The notes: generated by a model from the sequence alone, not told the origin. A stretch of DNA of 64,000 bases from Oligoflexales bacterium (GCA_965215515.1 OZ244057.1:1248001-1312000); one strand, 5' to 3'; counted from the first letter of the stretch, positions 48,324 to 58,558 are shown. Program-made: numbers and translations.

Positions 48324-49460
48324 ATGGCTATGTTTTACCGCGTAGTGTGGTTAGGGTGGTTGCTGTCTTGTGGCACGGCGCAGTTTAGCACCCCTGTACA
48401 AAATGACACCGATAACCACGATAACGGGGTCGCGTCAGCAGATAGCGAGATTGTGGTTTCGCCCCTGGAGGACAGCTATACCAGACGGGCACGGTTGTCT
48501 TGGCATTTCCCCTGCGAGGAAGGGCGCTCTCGTTCTTGGGGTGAGTATGACTTCACTGGGCAGGGTGTTTACCACAAAAATATGCACGCTACCCAGTCTC
48601 TGGAACTGACGGTTTCGGGGATACTGTGCGACACCGATTACTTGCCGCGCGATGTCGTGTTTGCCATCGACACCTCGGCCTCCATGCGCCACAACGACCC
48701 CGTGGCTCGCGATGGCAGCTGTGCGCGTTCACGGGCGATGGATCGCATGGTCGCCTACCTGACACACTTCGACAACGCCCGTGTAGGGCTGGTGACCTAC
48801 AACAGCCGCGTCAGCGTCATGCACGACCATCTCGTCACATCGGCAAAATTCTACCACGACTACATGGCAATGCACGACCGTATGCAAGAGTTTTTGTGCT
48901 ACGCCGACCTCTATACCAACTACCGTCGCGCCCTGCTGCAAACCGAAAAACTTCTAGAAACTGGTCGTACGGATAGTTTCCGCGAAATTTATTTCTTCTC
49001 AGACGGCGAGCCGCGCGAATCTATTTTTACGTTTGAAAACCCCGACGGCTTATACGTCGCCAAAAGATTGCGGGAAAACGCCACCATCGCCACCATCGGT
49101 CTCGGTAAAACAGGCATTCTCAAGCAGGACATCGCCAGTCGTGTCAACGGCGAACCGCTACATCGGCAAGCCGAGCAGCTGCGCGAACTTTTTCCCCTCT
49201 TACGTGAGTTAGTGCAAACCAAAAACATCGGTGCAGAACTTACCTACCGTTATCTCGGCACGGAGGAAGACTACACGATCGACATTCGCACCGCCACAGG
49301 CGCACGCGAGAACGACTTCTTCCAACTCGACCCGCTGTTGTTTAACATCGACGCGGACAACCCACAAAAAAACAAAGGCATCGCGATCGCTATAAAATAC
49401 TGGGACAGCAACGGCAACACCTACCGTGCCCACAGCGAACTGCACTTCACCTTCGATTAG
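48324..49460 (+). CDS. vWA-domain lipoprotein
   Basis: LLSC lipobox; DVVFAIDTSAS MIDAS, TNY..AL, FFSDGEP. Confidence 0.85.
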   Translation: MAMFYRVVWLGWLLSCGTAQFSTPVQNDTDNHDNGVASADSEIVVSPLEDSYTRRARLSWHFPCEEGRSRSWGEYDFTGQGVYHKNMHATQSLELTVSGILCDTDYLPRDVVFAIDTSASMRHNDPVARDGSCARSRAMDRMVAYLTHFDNARVGLVTYNSRVSVMHDHLVTSAKFYHDYMAMHDRMQEFLCYADLYTNYRRALLQTEKLLETGRTDSFREIYFFSDGEPRESIFTFENPDGLYVAKRLRENATIATIGLGKTGILKQDIASRVNGEPLHRQAEQLRELFPLLRELVQTKNIGAELTYRYLGTEEDYTIDIRTATGARENDFFQLDPLLFNIDADNPQKNKGIAIAIKYWDSNGNTYRAHSELHFTFD

Positions 49461-49488
49461 AGGCAGATAAGAAGGTGAGCTTGGTTTG

Positions 49489-50553
49489 TCATAACCACAG
49501 CAAACAACTGTCACCATAACTGAAGAAGCGATACTCTTTCCGCACCGCGGTGCGATACATGCGCATCGCCTCCCGTGTACCGAGCAAGGCACAGACCAGC
49601 AGGAAGAGAGTTGAGGAAGGATGATGAAAATTGGTCAGCAGTCCGTGGAGCAGTGGAGAGCGATATTTTTGCGCCTGCGGGTAGATGAAAAGATCGGTGG
49701 TCAACCAGTTCTCTGCACGGTGCTGTTCCTCGCCTCCCTGAAAAAAGTCCTCCAACGCACGCCACACGGTTGTACCCACCGCAACGATGGGGCGTTGCTG
49801 GGTTTGTGCACGGCGCAGAGCATGCAGAGTTGTCCGCGGGATGAGGTAGCGTTCTGGTAGTAGCACGTGCTCGGCGATATGAGGAGTACGCAGAGGCAGA
49901 AACGTACCCGCACTGACATGCAGAGTAAGGTAAACAGTTTCGATGCCAGACAATGCAAGTTGACGCAAACAAAGGTGTGAGAAATGTAGTCCCGCCGTAG
50001 GGGCAGCCACCGAACCGCTGATCGCGGCATAGACCGTCTGGTAAGTATGTAAATCGGCGGAAAGATGAGCAAGCTGTTCGTTATCTCGTTTGATGTAAGG
50101 CGGTAACGGCACACAAGCATACTGTGCCAGCCAGGTGCTGAGACTACCTGCATAAGAAAGGTGCAGGGTCAAGATTACGTGCCCTCCACGCACTCGTTGG
50201 GCAACAACCTGTACTCGCAAACCGTGCGCAAGTCGCAGGTCAGAACCGACAGGCAGTTTACGCACAGGCCGTGCGAGTGCCTCGCAGACGTAGAGGTGAC
50301 CGCCTTGCTGCCTTGGTGCGCCCAGCAGCAGCAGCTCTCCCGCCGCATGTTTGATGCGGGCGGGGAACACCTTCGAGTTGTTCAGTACCAACAAAGTGCC
50401 GCGCGGCAAGAGCCGAGCAATATTGCGAAAACAACTGTGCTCAAGCCGCCCGTCGCGTGCCCGCACCAGCAGGCGAGTCGTACCGCGTCGGCGAGGAGTT
50501 TGAGCAATCAGCGGGGGAGGAATTTCCAGCTTCTCGACCGCATCTTCCGTCAT
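49489..50553 (-). CDS. queA: S-adenosylmethionine:tRNA ribosyltransferase-isomerase
   Basis: IAQTP, PLPPYI, YQTVYA, GSVAAPTAGLHF, AVGTT, TNFH, YRFFSYGD. Confidence 0.95.
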   Translation of the reverse strand: MTEDAVEKLEIPPPLIAQTPRRRGTTRLLVRARDGRLEHSCFRNIARLLPRGTLLVLNNSKVFPARIKHAAGELLLLGAPRQQGGHLYVCEALARPVRKLPVGSDLRLAHGLRVQVVAQRVRGGHVILTLHLSYAGSLSTWLAQYACVPLPPYIKRDNEQLAHLSADLHTYQTVYAAISGSVAAPTAGLHFSHLCLRQLALSGIETVYLTLHVSAGTFLPLRTPHIAEHVLLPERYLIPRTTLHALRRAQTQQRPIVAVGTTVWRALEDFFQGGEEQHRAENWLTTDLFIYPQAQKYRSPLLHGLLTNFHHPSSTLFLLVCALLGTREAMRMYRTAVRKEYRFFSYGDSCLLWL

Positions 50554-52676
50554 GGCGGAGGTGTAGCGTGCTGCTGTGCCGTAGCGACGATATGAGGTGC
50601 GATTTCGGCGTGGGCGGCGAACAACGGCTGCCCTTCATGCGTGCCATCCCACAGCGATCGTCCCGCTTGCCCAGGACGCACAAAACAACGCCCGTGACGG
50701 TATCGGCGTTCAGCATGGCTACCCTGCTGAACGATTGTTTTGATGCTGCGTCGGTGACGTAGCAGGTTCTTTAGCTTTTGTACGTCGCGCACAACGACGA
50801 GAGGCAACACGAAATCTGCCCGCGGCAAGGCAAGTTCAAAATCGAGGTTGTCGATAGGCAGAATAGGGAACGCAGGACAGGCGGTGGAGCAAAACACCGC
50901 ACCGAGATTTCTCACATAACGTATCCGCTCCGCCTCGGCCTGCGCACGACAGGTAGAGTTGAGACGTGCACCGTAGAAGACGTGAAAATTTTCTTCCAAA
51001 ATTTTGATAAGTGAGGAAGTAATTTTTTGTTCAGGCTGCGGCACAATAAACAATACCTTGGAAGACAGACAACCGCGGCGAGAGAGGTGAAAAACATCGC
51101 GGCTGTGTGCTTGCGGAAACTTCAGCAGGTGGTCGAGACTGGCAACGGTAACGGTGTCGTGCGTGCCGAAACCAGCTAACGGCAAGGATGTACTCGCACG
51201 CAGATTCGCTAAGCTCTCATCACTGCCATAGCAGAGCAGCGCCTCGGTATCAGAGGGGATACACAAATCGGTGTGGGCGACGGTGGTGATCTCGATGCCC
51301 GCCTCCAAGCGTATATTGAGAAAATCGATAAAGCGGCGCAAACAGTCGAGGTTAGGGGGAAGCTTGACCAACACCCGCAAACGCAGCAACGTCGCGAAGA
51401 TCAGCGGGTAGACACCTACCAACGAGTGGGTAGCAGGTAACACGAACAGCCAACTGCGCAACTGTCGCTGTGGCAAACTACGTGCCAGAGCACTCTCCAA
51501 ATCGGCGGGGAATGCTCGCAGGACATCGCGCAAAGCGTCTCTGGCAACGTGTGGCGAGCCGAGCTCCGCTCCCAACCTAGCGACATAGCTCCTGCTGCTG
51601 AGAAAGTTTTTGCAGGCTTGTACCGATTGTTGCCTGCTGCTCGAAGATAACATTTTTCTGTAACTCCTCGTCAGTGGTGATTTAGAAGTTGGCGAAGTAT
51701 CGAGCCGCACGTCGAGCGCACAGCCTCGCACGGGTGTATGTGGCACACGTCCTCGTAGACGCAGCAGTCCCTGCCCTGCGGTGCTTACCAAGTCCTCCGT
51801 GCAGAGTAACCACGGGTAGTCGACACGTAGCGGATCGTACACACACAGGCGACCCGTGCCGCGTCGCCTCACATCCGAACCATCACGGCTGACCAGTACC
51901 TGTACCCATACGGGGAAGGAGAAACGGTTGCGCAGACCGCAACGCCAGGCCTGTGCTGCCAACTCGCACATTCCGTATTCACTGCACAATCTATCTTCTG
52001 TGATGCCGAAGAGACGCAACAGCCGACGATGAAAAAGCTTTTCGTCGCGGATGCCAAAGCGTAGATTTTTCCATCCACCTGTCTCAATGACGATCGCGCG
52101 TGGCGGCAACGCAAGCAGCGCTCCCTCACATAGCAACTGCAACAGCTGTCTGCTCGTCGCCCATAAGAAAAACGGTCGTTCAGGGTCGAGATTAGCCACA
52201 AATTGGGGCAGTCCCGCTACCGACACGCGGGGCAGAGGCCAGAACTCTCCCAACCAGCGCAACATCGTCGCCAAACTAGAATCTGCGCAGCTGTGGTCGA
52301 GCAACGAAGCTCCCTGCGCACAGTCGCTATCCCTACCCCAATAACCATCGAGTACCGTCGCGAAGGTGGAGATAACCGCCATCTTGTAGAACAGCACTCC
52401 TTCGGGGGAAAAAAGCGATACCGCCCGCTGGGTAGCCGTAGTACCGCTGGACAGGTAGCGTGCGGCAATCTGGCTACCGCAAAAAAAACGGGCTGCATCG
52501 TGGCGGAAGAAAGCGATAGGCAGAGAGCGGTCAGTGACACAGGTGGAGAGCTTTCTCCACGGCCGTGCGTCGCGGAAAGCATCGTCGGTTTGCAACAACG
52601 CCCTCGCCAGTTCGGGATGACGCAGCTGGCGTTGCCCCTGCAGGCACGTCTTGAGTTTTGCCCTCACATCAGCCAT
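50550..52676 (-). CDS. LuxE-like acyl-protein synthetase fused to LuxC-like acyl reductase
   Basis: N-half SSGTT, ETGGWK, SEYGMCEL, TEDL, GR...RGC; C-half LVKLP, YGSDE, GFG, GCLS, HEG. Confidence 0.8.
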   Translation of the reverse strand: MADVRAKLKTCLQGQRQLRHPELARALLQTDDAFRDARPWRKLSTCVTDRSLPIAFFRHDAARFFCGSQIAARYLSSGTTATQRAVSLFSPEGVLFYKMAVISTFATVLDGYWGRDSDCAQGASLLDHSCADSSLATMLRWLGEFWPLPRVSVAGLPQFVANLDPERPFFLWATSRQLLQLLCEGALLALPPRAIVIETGGWKNLRFGIRDEKLFHRRLLRLFGITEDRLCSEYGMCELAAQAWRCGLRNRFSFPVWVQVLVSRDGSDVRRRGTGRLCVYDPLRVDYPWLLCTEDLVSTAGQGLLRLRGRVPHTPVRGCALDVRLDTSPTSKSPLTRSYRKMLSSSSRQQSVQACKNFLSSRSYVARLGAELGSPHVARDALRDVLRAFPADLESALARSLPQRQLRSWLFVLPATHSLVGVYPLIFATLLRLRVLVKLPPNLDCLRRFIDFLNIRLEAGIEITTVAHTDLCIPSDTEALLCYGSDESLANLRASTSLPLAGFGTHDTVTVASLDHLLKFPQAHSRDVFHLSRRGCLSSKVLFIVPQPEQKITSSLIKILEENFHVFYGARLNSTCRAQAEAERIRYVRNLGAVFCSTACPAFPILPIDNLDFELALPRADFVLPLVVVRDVQKLKNLLRHRRSIKTIVQQGSHAERRYRHGRCFVRPGQAGRSLWDGTHEGQPLFAAHAEIAPHIVATAQQHATPPP

Positions 52677-52761
52677 CCTATACTCACAGACCGTTAGCGG
52701 GTTTTGAGCATCGTCGTGACGTTACTTCTTCTCGATGCCAAAAGTAAAGAATAGAGGTGAT

Positions 52762-53529
52762 ATGAGCGGCACGTTTGCGGTAAAATTGGAGCAGTTCGAG
52801 GGGCCGCTAGACCTGCTGCTACACCTGACAAAAGTCAATGAAATAGACATCTTCAAGGTCGATCTGCTGTATTTGGCACAACAGTATTTTGCCTTTTTGC
52901 GGCTGGTCGATTTTCGTGATCTGGCCGCGGCGGGCGACTTCCTGCACATCGCCGCGACATTGCTGGAAATCAAAAGCCGCAGGCTCATTCCCCGCGGACA
53001 GCCACATTCCGCTGAGCCCAGCTCGCTGACCGACACAGACGACTCGCAGCAAGAACTCAAGCAACGCCTGCTGGTCTATTACCACATTCAACAGGCAGCA
53101 CAGTATCTTGGCGACCGTTATTTGCGTGATTTCAACTACGGCAACGAGGAATGGGCACGTTTACAGCAACAGCCTAGCTTTCAAGCACGCACGACAGCGC
53201 GTGGTGACCGTTGGATGTTGCCTGTGCTCTACGAACAGCTGCTTACCGCGGTAGCAGCACGACACGACCGTGTACCGCAAGCGAAATTGCAAAAGATCAA
53301 GATCGAGACTATCATGCAGAGGCTGTTGAAGAAACTACAACAGGTCGGGTTTGTCTCTTTTCAGGAATTTTACCCCCAGATCGGGTCGCGCTTCGAGTTG
53401 GCGGTCTATTTCATCGCCGCACTGGAATTAGCCCGTTGTGGGGAGCTGCTGCTGCACCAGGAAGAAACTGACGGTCTGCTGTGGCTGTATCTGCCTTCCG
53501 TAAGAGGACAGGAGAGTTGGCTACTTTGA
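52762..53529 (+). CDS. scpA: Segregation and condensation protein A
   Basis: FEGPLDLLLHL, AATLLEIKSRRLIP, FIAALEL. Confidence 0.92.
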   Translation: MSGTFAVKLEQFEGPLDLLLHLTKVNEIDIFKVDLLYLAQQYFAFLRLVDFRDLAAAGDFLHIAATLLEIKSRRLIPRGQPHSAEPSSLTDTDDSQQELKQRLLVYYHIQQAAQYLGDRYLRDFNYGNEEWARLQQQPSFQARTTARGDRWMLPVLYEQLLTAVAARHDRVPQAKLQKIKIETIMQRLLKKLQQVGFVSFQEFYPQIGSRFELAVYFIAALELARCGELLLHQEETDGLLWLYLPSVRGQESWLL

Positions 53530-54203
53530 GTTTACCAGCACGGATCGAGGCGGTTATTTTTGCTGCTCCACAACCGCTAACGGCAAAAGCAATATCCGCG
53601 GTGCTCGACGATAGCGAGGTCAGCGTCGAGCAGATAAACAAGGTGTGTCAACAGCTCAGCGAACATTACCGTGCACGCGGGGGCGGTTTCGAGCTGGTCG
53701 AAGACGGTGGGTATCGTTTTCAGACGGTGGCAAGTGCGGCAACGATGTTGCGCAGACTGGGCAAATCCTACACCCGTCCGCTGTCACGTGCCGCGCTGGA
53801 AACACTGGCGGTGGTCGCCTACCGCCAGCCCCTGACCCGCGCCGAGATCGAGTACGTGCGCGGAGTGGAAAGCGGCAATCTCGTCCGCACCCTGCTGGAA
53901 CGCGAGTTGCTCGTCTGCGTCGGACGCAAGGACAGTGCAGGGAAACCGCTGTTGTTCGCAGTCGGGCCACAATTTCTGCGGGTGTTCGGTTTGCGCACGC
54001 GACAAGAACTGCCGCCGCTGGAATCTTTCCAGAGCAAAAATGAGACACGTCAGTTGGCAGAAGCAAAAATTCGTGCCCAGTCAACCCCGACCGTCGACAC
54101 ACTCGTCGGCGGTAAGGAAAGCAGTGAAGAAGACAACGCAGCAATGACGCAGCAGACAGAACGCGACGCCAGCACCACCGACGAGGCAGATGATGCGACT
54201 TAA
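53517..54203 (+). CDS. scpB: Segregation and condensation protein B
   Basis: IEAVIFAA, LSRAALETLAVVAYRQPLTRAEIEYVRGV, FL..FGL. Confidence 0.93.
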   Translation: MATLSLPARIEAVIFAAPQPLTAKAISAVLDDSEVSVEQINKVCQQLSEHYRARGGGFELVEDGGYRFQTVASAATMLRRLGKSYTRPLSRAALETLAVVAYRQPLTRAEIEYVRGVESGNLVRTLLERELLVCVGRKDSAGKPLLFAVGPQFLRVFGLRTRQELPPLESFQSKNETRQLAEAKIRAQSTPTVDTLVGGKESSEEDNAAMTQQTERDASTTDEADDAT

Positions 54204-54957
54204 CCTGTGTTTGACGCGTCTCGGCGTTTGCCTGTCGCGGCGACAGGCGGATGTCCTGATTAAACAGGGTGTGGTGGCAGTCAATGGACGGGCAGTATGC
54301 GAGCCAGGCCAGCAGGTTGTACCACATACCGATGTGCTGCGTGTACACGGTGCGCCGTTGCGCTGGGATATGCCGCCGCTGGTCTACTGGCTACTGCACA
54401 AACCGTGCGGCACACTGGTATCACGACGCGGAGAACACAACAAGGAGACTATCTTTGCTCTGCCCTGTCTACGGCGTATTCGTTTTCCACTCTTCTACGT
54501 CGGGCGACTCGATTACCGCTCGGAGGGTTTGCTGTTGCTGACCAACGACGGCGAGCTGGCACACCGTCTCTGCCATCCATCTTTCGAAGTACAAAAAACC
54601 TACCAAGTGCTATTAGCACAACGTCTATCCCCCGTGCAGGAACAGCTGGCACGGCGCGGGGAACTGTTGGAGGATGGCAAGGTTCATTATTTGCAGCTAC
54701 GTCGTCAACAGCGGGTGTTGCTGGGAAAATCGTACGGATTCTGGTATACGGTGAAGGTCAAGGAAGGGCGTAACCGTTTGGTCAGGCGCGTGTTCGCCGC
54801 GTTGGGAGTGAAGGTGATCCGTTTGCGGCGGGTCGCTTATGGCGGGTTGCATTTACCCGATGACTTGCCTCTCGCCCGATATCGTCAATTGACCGCCGCA
54901 CAGATCGTGCATCTGAAGGCAACTGCAGGACTTAAGAAGGAGGACGGTAGAGCTTGA
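54190..54957 (+). CDS. rluB: RsuA/RluB family rRNA pseudouridine synthase
   Basis: S4 domain SRRQAD, LHKP, VGRLDYRSEGLLLLTNDG, EGRNRLVRR. Confidence 0.85.
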   Translation: MMRLNLCLTRLGVCLSRRQADVLIKQGVVAVNGRAVCEPGQQVVPHTDVLRVHGAPLRWDMPPLVYWLLHKPCGTLVSRRGEHNKETIFALPCLRRIRFPLFYVGRLDYRSEGLLLLTNDGELAHRLCHPSFEVQKTYQVLLAQRLSPVQEQLARRGELLEDGKVHYLQLRRQQRVLLGKSYGFWYTVKVKEGRNRLVRRVFAALGVKVIRLRRVAYGGLHLPDDLPLARYRQLTAAQIVHLKATAGLKKEDGRA

Positions 54958-55943
54958 AACTGGCAACGCTAGACAACGGCACACGTGATGGCGAACTGAT
55001 CGTCGTTTCGTCCGACAACCAACGATATGTAAAGGGAGATGAGATTGCCGCTACCCTACAGCAGGCACTCGATAATTGGGACGACACCGAACCACGCCTA
55101 CGTGCCTTAGCAACCCGTCTGCACGAGGGTGAGGTTACAGGGCATAAACTTGAGGCAAAGGTTAGGCAGCGCCTGCTGTCGCCCCTGCCGCGGGCTTACG
55201 AATGGATCGATGCATCGGCCTACATCAACCACATCGTGCTGGTACGCAAAGCACGGGGGGCCGAACCACCACCCACCCTGCGCACCGATCCGCTCATCTA
55301 TCAAGGAGGGTCTGGGTGTATGCTGTCGCCGACTGCGAACATCGAGATAATCGACCCCGACTTCGGCTATGATTTTGAAGCAGAAGTCTGTGTCGTACTC
55401 GGCGATACCCCGCAAGGTGTGTCTTGTGACGATGCTGAAGGCTATATTCGCCTCTTCATGCTGGCAAACGACATCTCGCTGCGTAACCTTATCCCTTCCG
55501 AGTTGCAAAAGGGATTTGGTTTTTTCGTCTCCAAACCTGCTAGTGCCTTTGCGCCGTTGGCGGTAACGGTGGACGAACTAGGCGAGTGCTGGCGGGACGG
55601 GCGGGTACACCTACCGCTCATCACAAAACTGAACGATGAAAAGTTTGGCGACCCTGACGCGGGGAAGGAGATGCACTTTTCCTTCCATGACCTGATTGCT
55701 CATATTACCCAAACCCGTGCTTTCAGCGCGGGGACAATCCTCGGCAGCGGCACAGTCTCTAACGCCGATCCTTCCCGCGGTTCTTCGTGTTTACAGGAAC
55801 AACGGGTGCTGGAAAAAATAACCCACGGCACAATTAAAACCCCGTTTTTACAGGATGGTGACCGTCTAAAAATCCACATGCTCAATACTCAAGGAAGCAG
55901 TATTTTTGGAGAAATTGCCCAAACCTGTCGGCGAGTGCGCTGA
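54954..55943 (+). CDS. Fumarylacetoacetate hydrolase family protein
   Basis: MKLATL..GTRDG, PLPRAYEW, DFEAE, NDISLR, GSGTVSN. Confidence 0.9.
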   Translation: MKLATLDNGTRDGELIVVSSDNQRYVKGDEIAATLQQALDNWDDTEPRLRALATRLHEGEVTGHKLEAKVRQRLLSPLPRAYEWIDASAYINHIVLVRKARGAEPPPTLRTDPLIYQGGSGCMLSPTANIEIIDPDFGYDFEAEVCVVLGDTPQGVSCDDAEGYIRLFMLANDISLRNLIPSELQKGFGFFVSKPASAFAPLAVTVDELGECWRDGRVHLPLITKLNDEKFGDPDAGKEMHFSFHDLIAHITQTRAFSAGTILGSGTVSNADPSRGSSCLQEQRVLEKITHGTIKTPFLQDGDRLKIHMLNTQGSSIFGEIAQTCRRVR

Positions 55944-56063
55944 CACGGGGGCATCCACAGACCACTTGCTGATACCGCCGCTGGGGACAGCACCAGCCTG
56001 CCATCTCTCAAGGCTGTGGTGAGTTATAGCATCAGGGTCACAGGAAGTTTCCGCATCTCTTCT

Positions 56064-57191
56064 TCATTCGCCCACCGTCGGTTGCTGTGGCTGATAATCA
56101 ACAACAACTCGGTGTGGTTGCCAGCTTGTCTGTACGTGCTCGAAAACTTTGGCGGAGATCAGCTCCAGCCCCGCACGGCTGGGATGAAAACAATCGGCAG
56201 CCAAGTGGCTCTTGTCAAAATCTGGTGCAAGCAAGGAGGTGGCGACCGTGACGCGGGGCTCGTTCATCGCGGTGGCCGCGGCATCGGCAGTATTGACTGT
56301 GTGCGCGAGCGTGACAATAGCGTTGTTGACAGCATCTAGCTCAGCTTGCAGTGTGTCGAACTCGCCCTCGTCGGTCACACCATCTAGGCGAGGGCAGAAA
56401 CTCGCAGCTTTTCGCCGCTCAGGTGGAAGAGGCAGAAATGCTACCCCTCTAATCTGTTCACATGTATAGGTTGTGCCATCCCTGGTGAAGGCGGTATCCG
56501 TAGGGAGTGCTACCTCTCGGAACAAACGCACGATAGGCATCACAGGGACAATCAGCAGTTGGACGTTCGCACCACGGGCAAGAATATTCTCGCTTACCTT
56601 GCTCATTGCGGCGACCGTCTTGTCTTTGTCAAAATCAAGCGCACAAAAATCGTTGTTGCCGATCTCCAACACGTAGTGCGTAGTACTGGTGTCAGCACGA
56701 GCAAGTTGTCCTGCAATGTCGCCTTCCCTATCGGTAGCCGCACGCGCCCCTGAAACAGCGAGGTTATCGACACGGAATTGGCCGTGTTCTATACGACAAG
56801 CGAGTGATACACAGTGCTTGCCAGATGAAAACGCACCCTTGAAATTCTGTTTGTAATAAGCATCCACCGCAGCCCTATCCCGCTGCTCACCCGCCAGAAA
56901 AGTGGAAAAAAACTTGTGTTCGAGGGGCATATCCATCCCCATGTGCGTGTCGCCGAGCAGACCGACGGACACACTATCACCGAGCACCGTCAGATGGAAA
57001 TCGACAAAACGCACCGCCACCTCATCTAACCGACCGTAATCATGTTCATGCTCATGTTCGTGTTCATGCTGGTGTTTGTGCTCATGTTCACCATCACCTG
57101 CCTCATGTTTGTGATGATGCTCACGTTCGTCGCACGCAGAGGCAAACAACAAAGGGCATGTTAGCGAGAGGAGCGCGATAACTTTCCTCAT
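56064..57191 (-). CDS. SGNH/GDSL lipase-esterase lipoprotein with His-Glu-rich N-terminus
   Basis: ASAC lipobox; LGDSV, AVSGA, IGNND, DCFHP; HEHEHEH tract. Confidence 0.85.
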   Translation of the reverse strand: MRKVIALLSLTCPLLFASACDEREHHHKHEAGDGEHEHKHQHEHEHEHEHDYGRLDEVAVRFVDFHLTVLGDSVSVGLLGDTHMGMDMPLEHKFFSTFLAGEQRDRAAVDAYYKQNFKGAFSSGKHCVSLACRIEHGQFRVDNLAVSGARAATDREGDIAGQLARADTSTTHYVLEIGNNDFCALDFDKDKTVAAMSKVSENILARGANVQLLIVPVMPIVRLFREVALPTDTAFTRDGTTYTCEQIRGVAFLPLPPERRKAASFCPRLDGVTDEGEFDTLQAELDAVNNAIVTLAHTVNTADAAATAMNEPRVTVATSLLAPDFDKSHLAADCFHPSRAGLELISAKVFEHVQTSWQPHRVVVDYQPQQPTVGE

Positions 57192-57233
57192 AACAGTCTC
57201 TCCATGATAGATTAAACCACTACAACGCAGACC

Positions 57234-57262
57234 ATTGTAACCTGATGAAAATCTTTTGCCAA
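57234..57262 (-). promoter_or_regulatory. Putative sigma70 promoter for SGNH gene
   Basis: Minus strand TTGGCA-N17-TACAAT. Confidence 0.45.
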
Positions 57263-57446
57263 GTCATCACAGATCTTCTTATCTATCGTTTGCAGTGCAA
57301 ACGACGGCAGAGAGGCACGCAGCTTGTCCTTTAGCTGGGTAAAGCCAGATAAGTCGCCTGTCACCAGGCACCCCTATCTGACCCTCTCGCATAAAAGAAC
57401 ACAGATTTTTGTGCTAAAATTAAATAAGCGACGCGGAGCTCACCCC

Positions 57447-58550
57447 TTGCATGACCATCGACGACTAGCTTTTCTGTTGATCTGTGCAGCACTCATGCTA
57501 ACTGCCGTGGGCATCATCGAAATTTACGCGGCATCGGCAACACGAGCGATGGAACAGTTCGACGATCCGTACCTGTTCGTCCGCAAACATGTCCTAGTAG
57601 CGATGCTCTGCGTGCCGCTGGTGTTCCTGCTGCTCGCCTTGCCTCTCAAGTACCTGGCCGCGATCACCCTGCCACTGTACCTACTGACAGTCGTGGCCCT
57701 GAGCCTGCTTTTTGTCCCCGCCCTAGCCATCAAGGCAGGACTGGCAACTCGCTGGGTCAGTATCCTGGGTTTTAACTTTCAACCCGCCGAACTGGCGCGG
57801 CTGGCAGTCATCTTCTACCTCGCCCGCAACCTCAGCCGTCCCACCTGCAATCTGCAACAGGCACGCTATCTTTGCCAAAGCCTACTGCCCCCCGCCCTCA
57901 TCTGCACACTGATCATGCTGCAGCCAGATTTTGGCACGGCCTTCTTGCTGGTAACAACCTGCTGCGCAATGCTGTTTGTCGCAGGACTCAGTCGTCGCTA
58001 CCTCGCCCTATTCGGCGGAGCATTGCTGGTATTCGCAACTACAGCAATTGTCCTCGCACCCTACCGCTTCAAACGTCTGGCGAGCTTTATCGACCCCTGG
58101 TCACAGGTTTCAGAAGGCGGTTTCCAGATAATCCAAAGCTACCTCGCCTTCCAAAACGGCGGCCTGCTCGGTGCAGGCCTAGGCGAATCCAAACAAAAAC
58201 TCTTCTACCTGCCTGAAGCACACACGGATTTCATCCTGTCAGTAATCGGTGAGGAACTCGGACTACTAGGAGTATTCTTCGTCGGAAGCCTGTTCTTCTA
58301 CATCTGCTACCTCGGTTTCAAAATAGCCGCACTGGTGAGAGACCAATTTCACAAGTTTTTAGCCTTCGGCCTATCCTTCCTGATTACCTCACAAGCCCTG
58401 CTGAATATGGGGGTGGTAACAGGACTGCTACCCACCAAAGGCTTGCCCCTACCGTACGTCAGCAGCGGCTCATCAGCACTGCTGATTTTTTTCATCGTAG
58501 TCGGTGTGCTCGCCCGACTCGCCAAAACAATCATACCCGACACCGCATAG
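57447..58550 (+). CDS. ftsW: SEDS peptidoglycan glycosyltransferase FtsW
   Basis: RW, FQPAEL, QPDFG, GFQIIQS, LPEAHTDF, GEELG, PTKGLPLP. Confidence 0.92.
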   Translation: MHDHRRLAFLLICAALMLTAVGIIEIYAASATRAMEQFDDPYLFVRKHVLVAMLCVPLVFLLLALPLKYLAAITLPLYLLTVVALSLLFVPALAIKAGLATRWVSILGFNFQPAELARLAVIFYLARNLSRPTCNLQQARYLCQSLLPPALICTLIMLQPDFGTAFLLVTTCCAMLFVAGLSRRYLALFGGALLVFATTAIVLAPYRFKRLASFIDPWSQVSEGGFQIIQSYLAFQNGGLLGAGLGESKQKLFYLPEAHTDFILSVIGEELGLLGVFFVGSLFFYICYLGFKIAALVRDQFHKFLAFGLSFLITSQALLNMGVVTGLLPTKGLPLPYVSSGSSALLIFFIVVGVLARLAKTIIPDTA

Positions 58551-58558
58551 GAGAAGAA

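Noticed and set aside
50550..52676. Bioluminescence operon
   Set aside because: No luxA, luxB, luxD or luxG in the window; LuxC/E homologs occur in non-luminous bacteria
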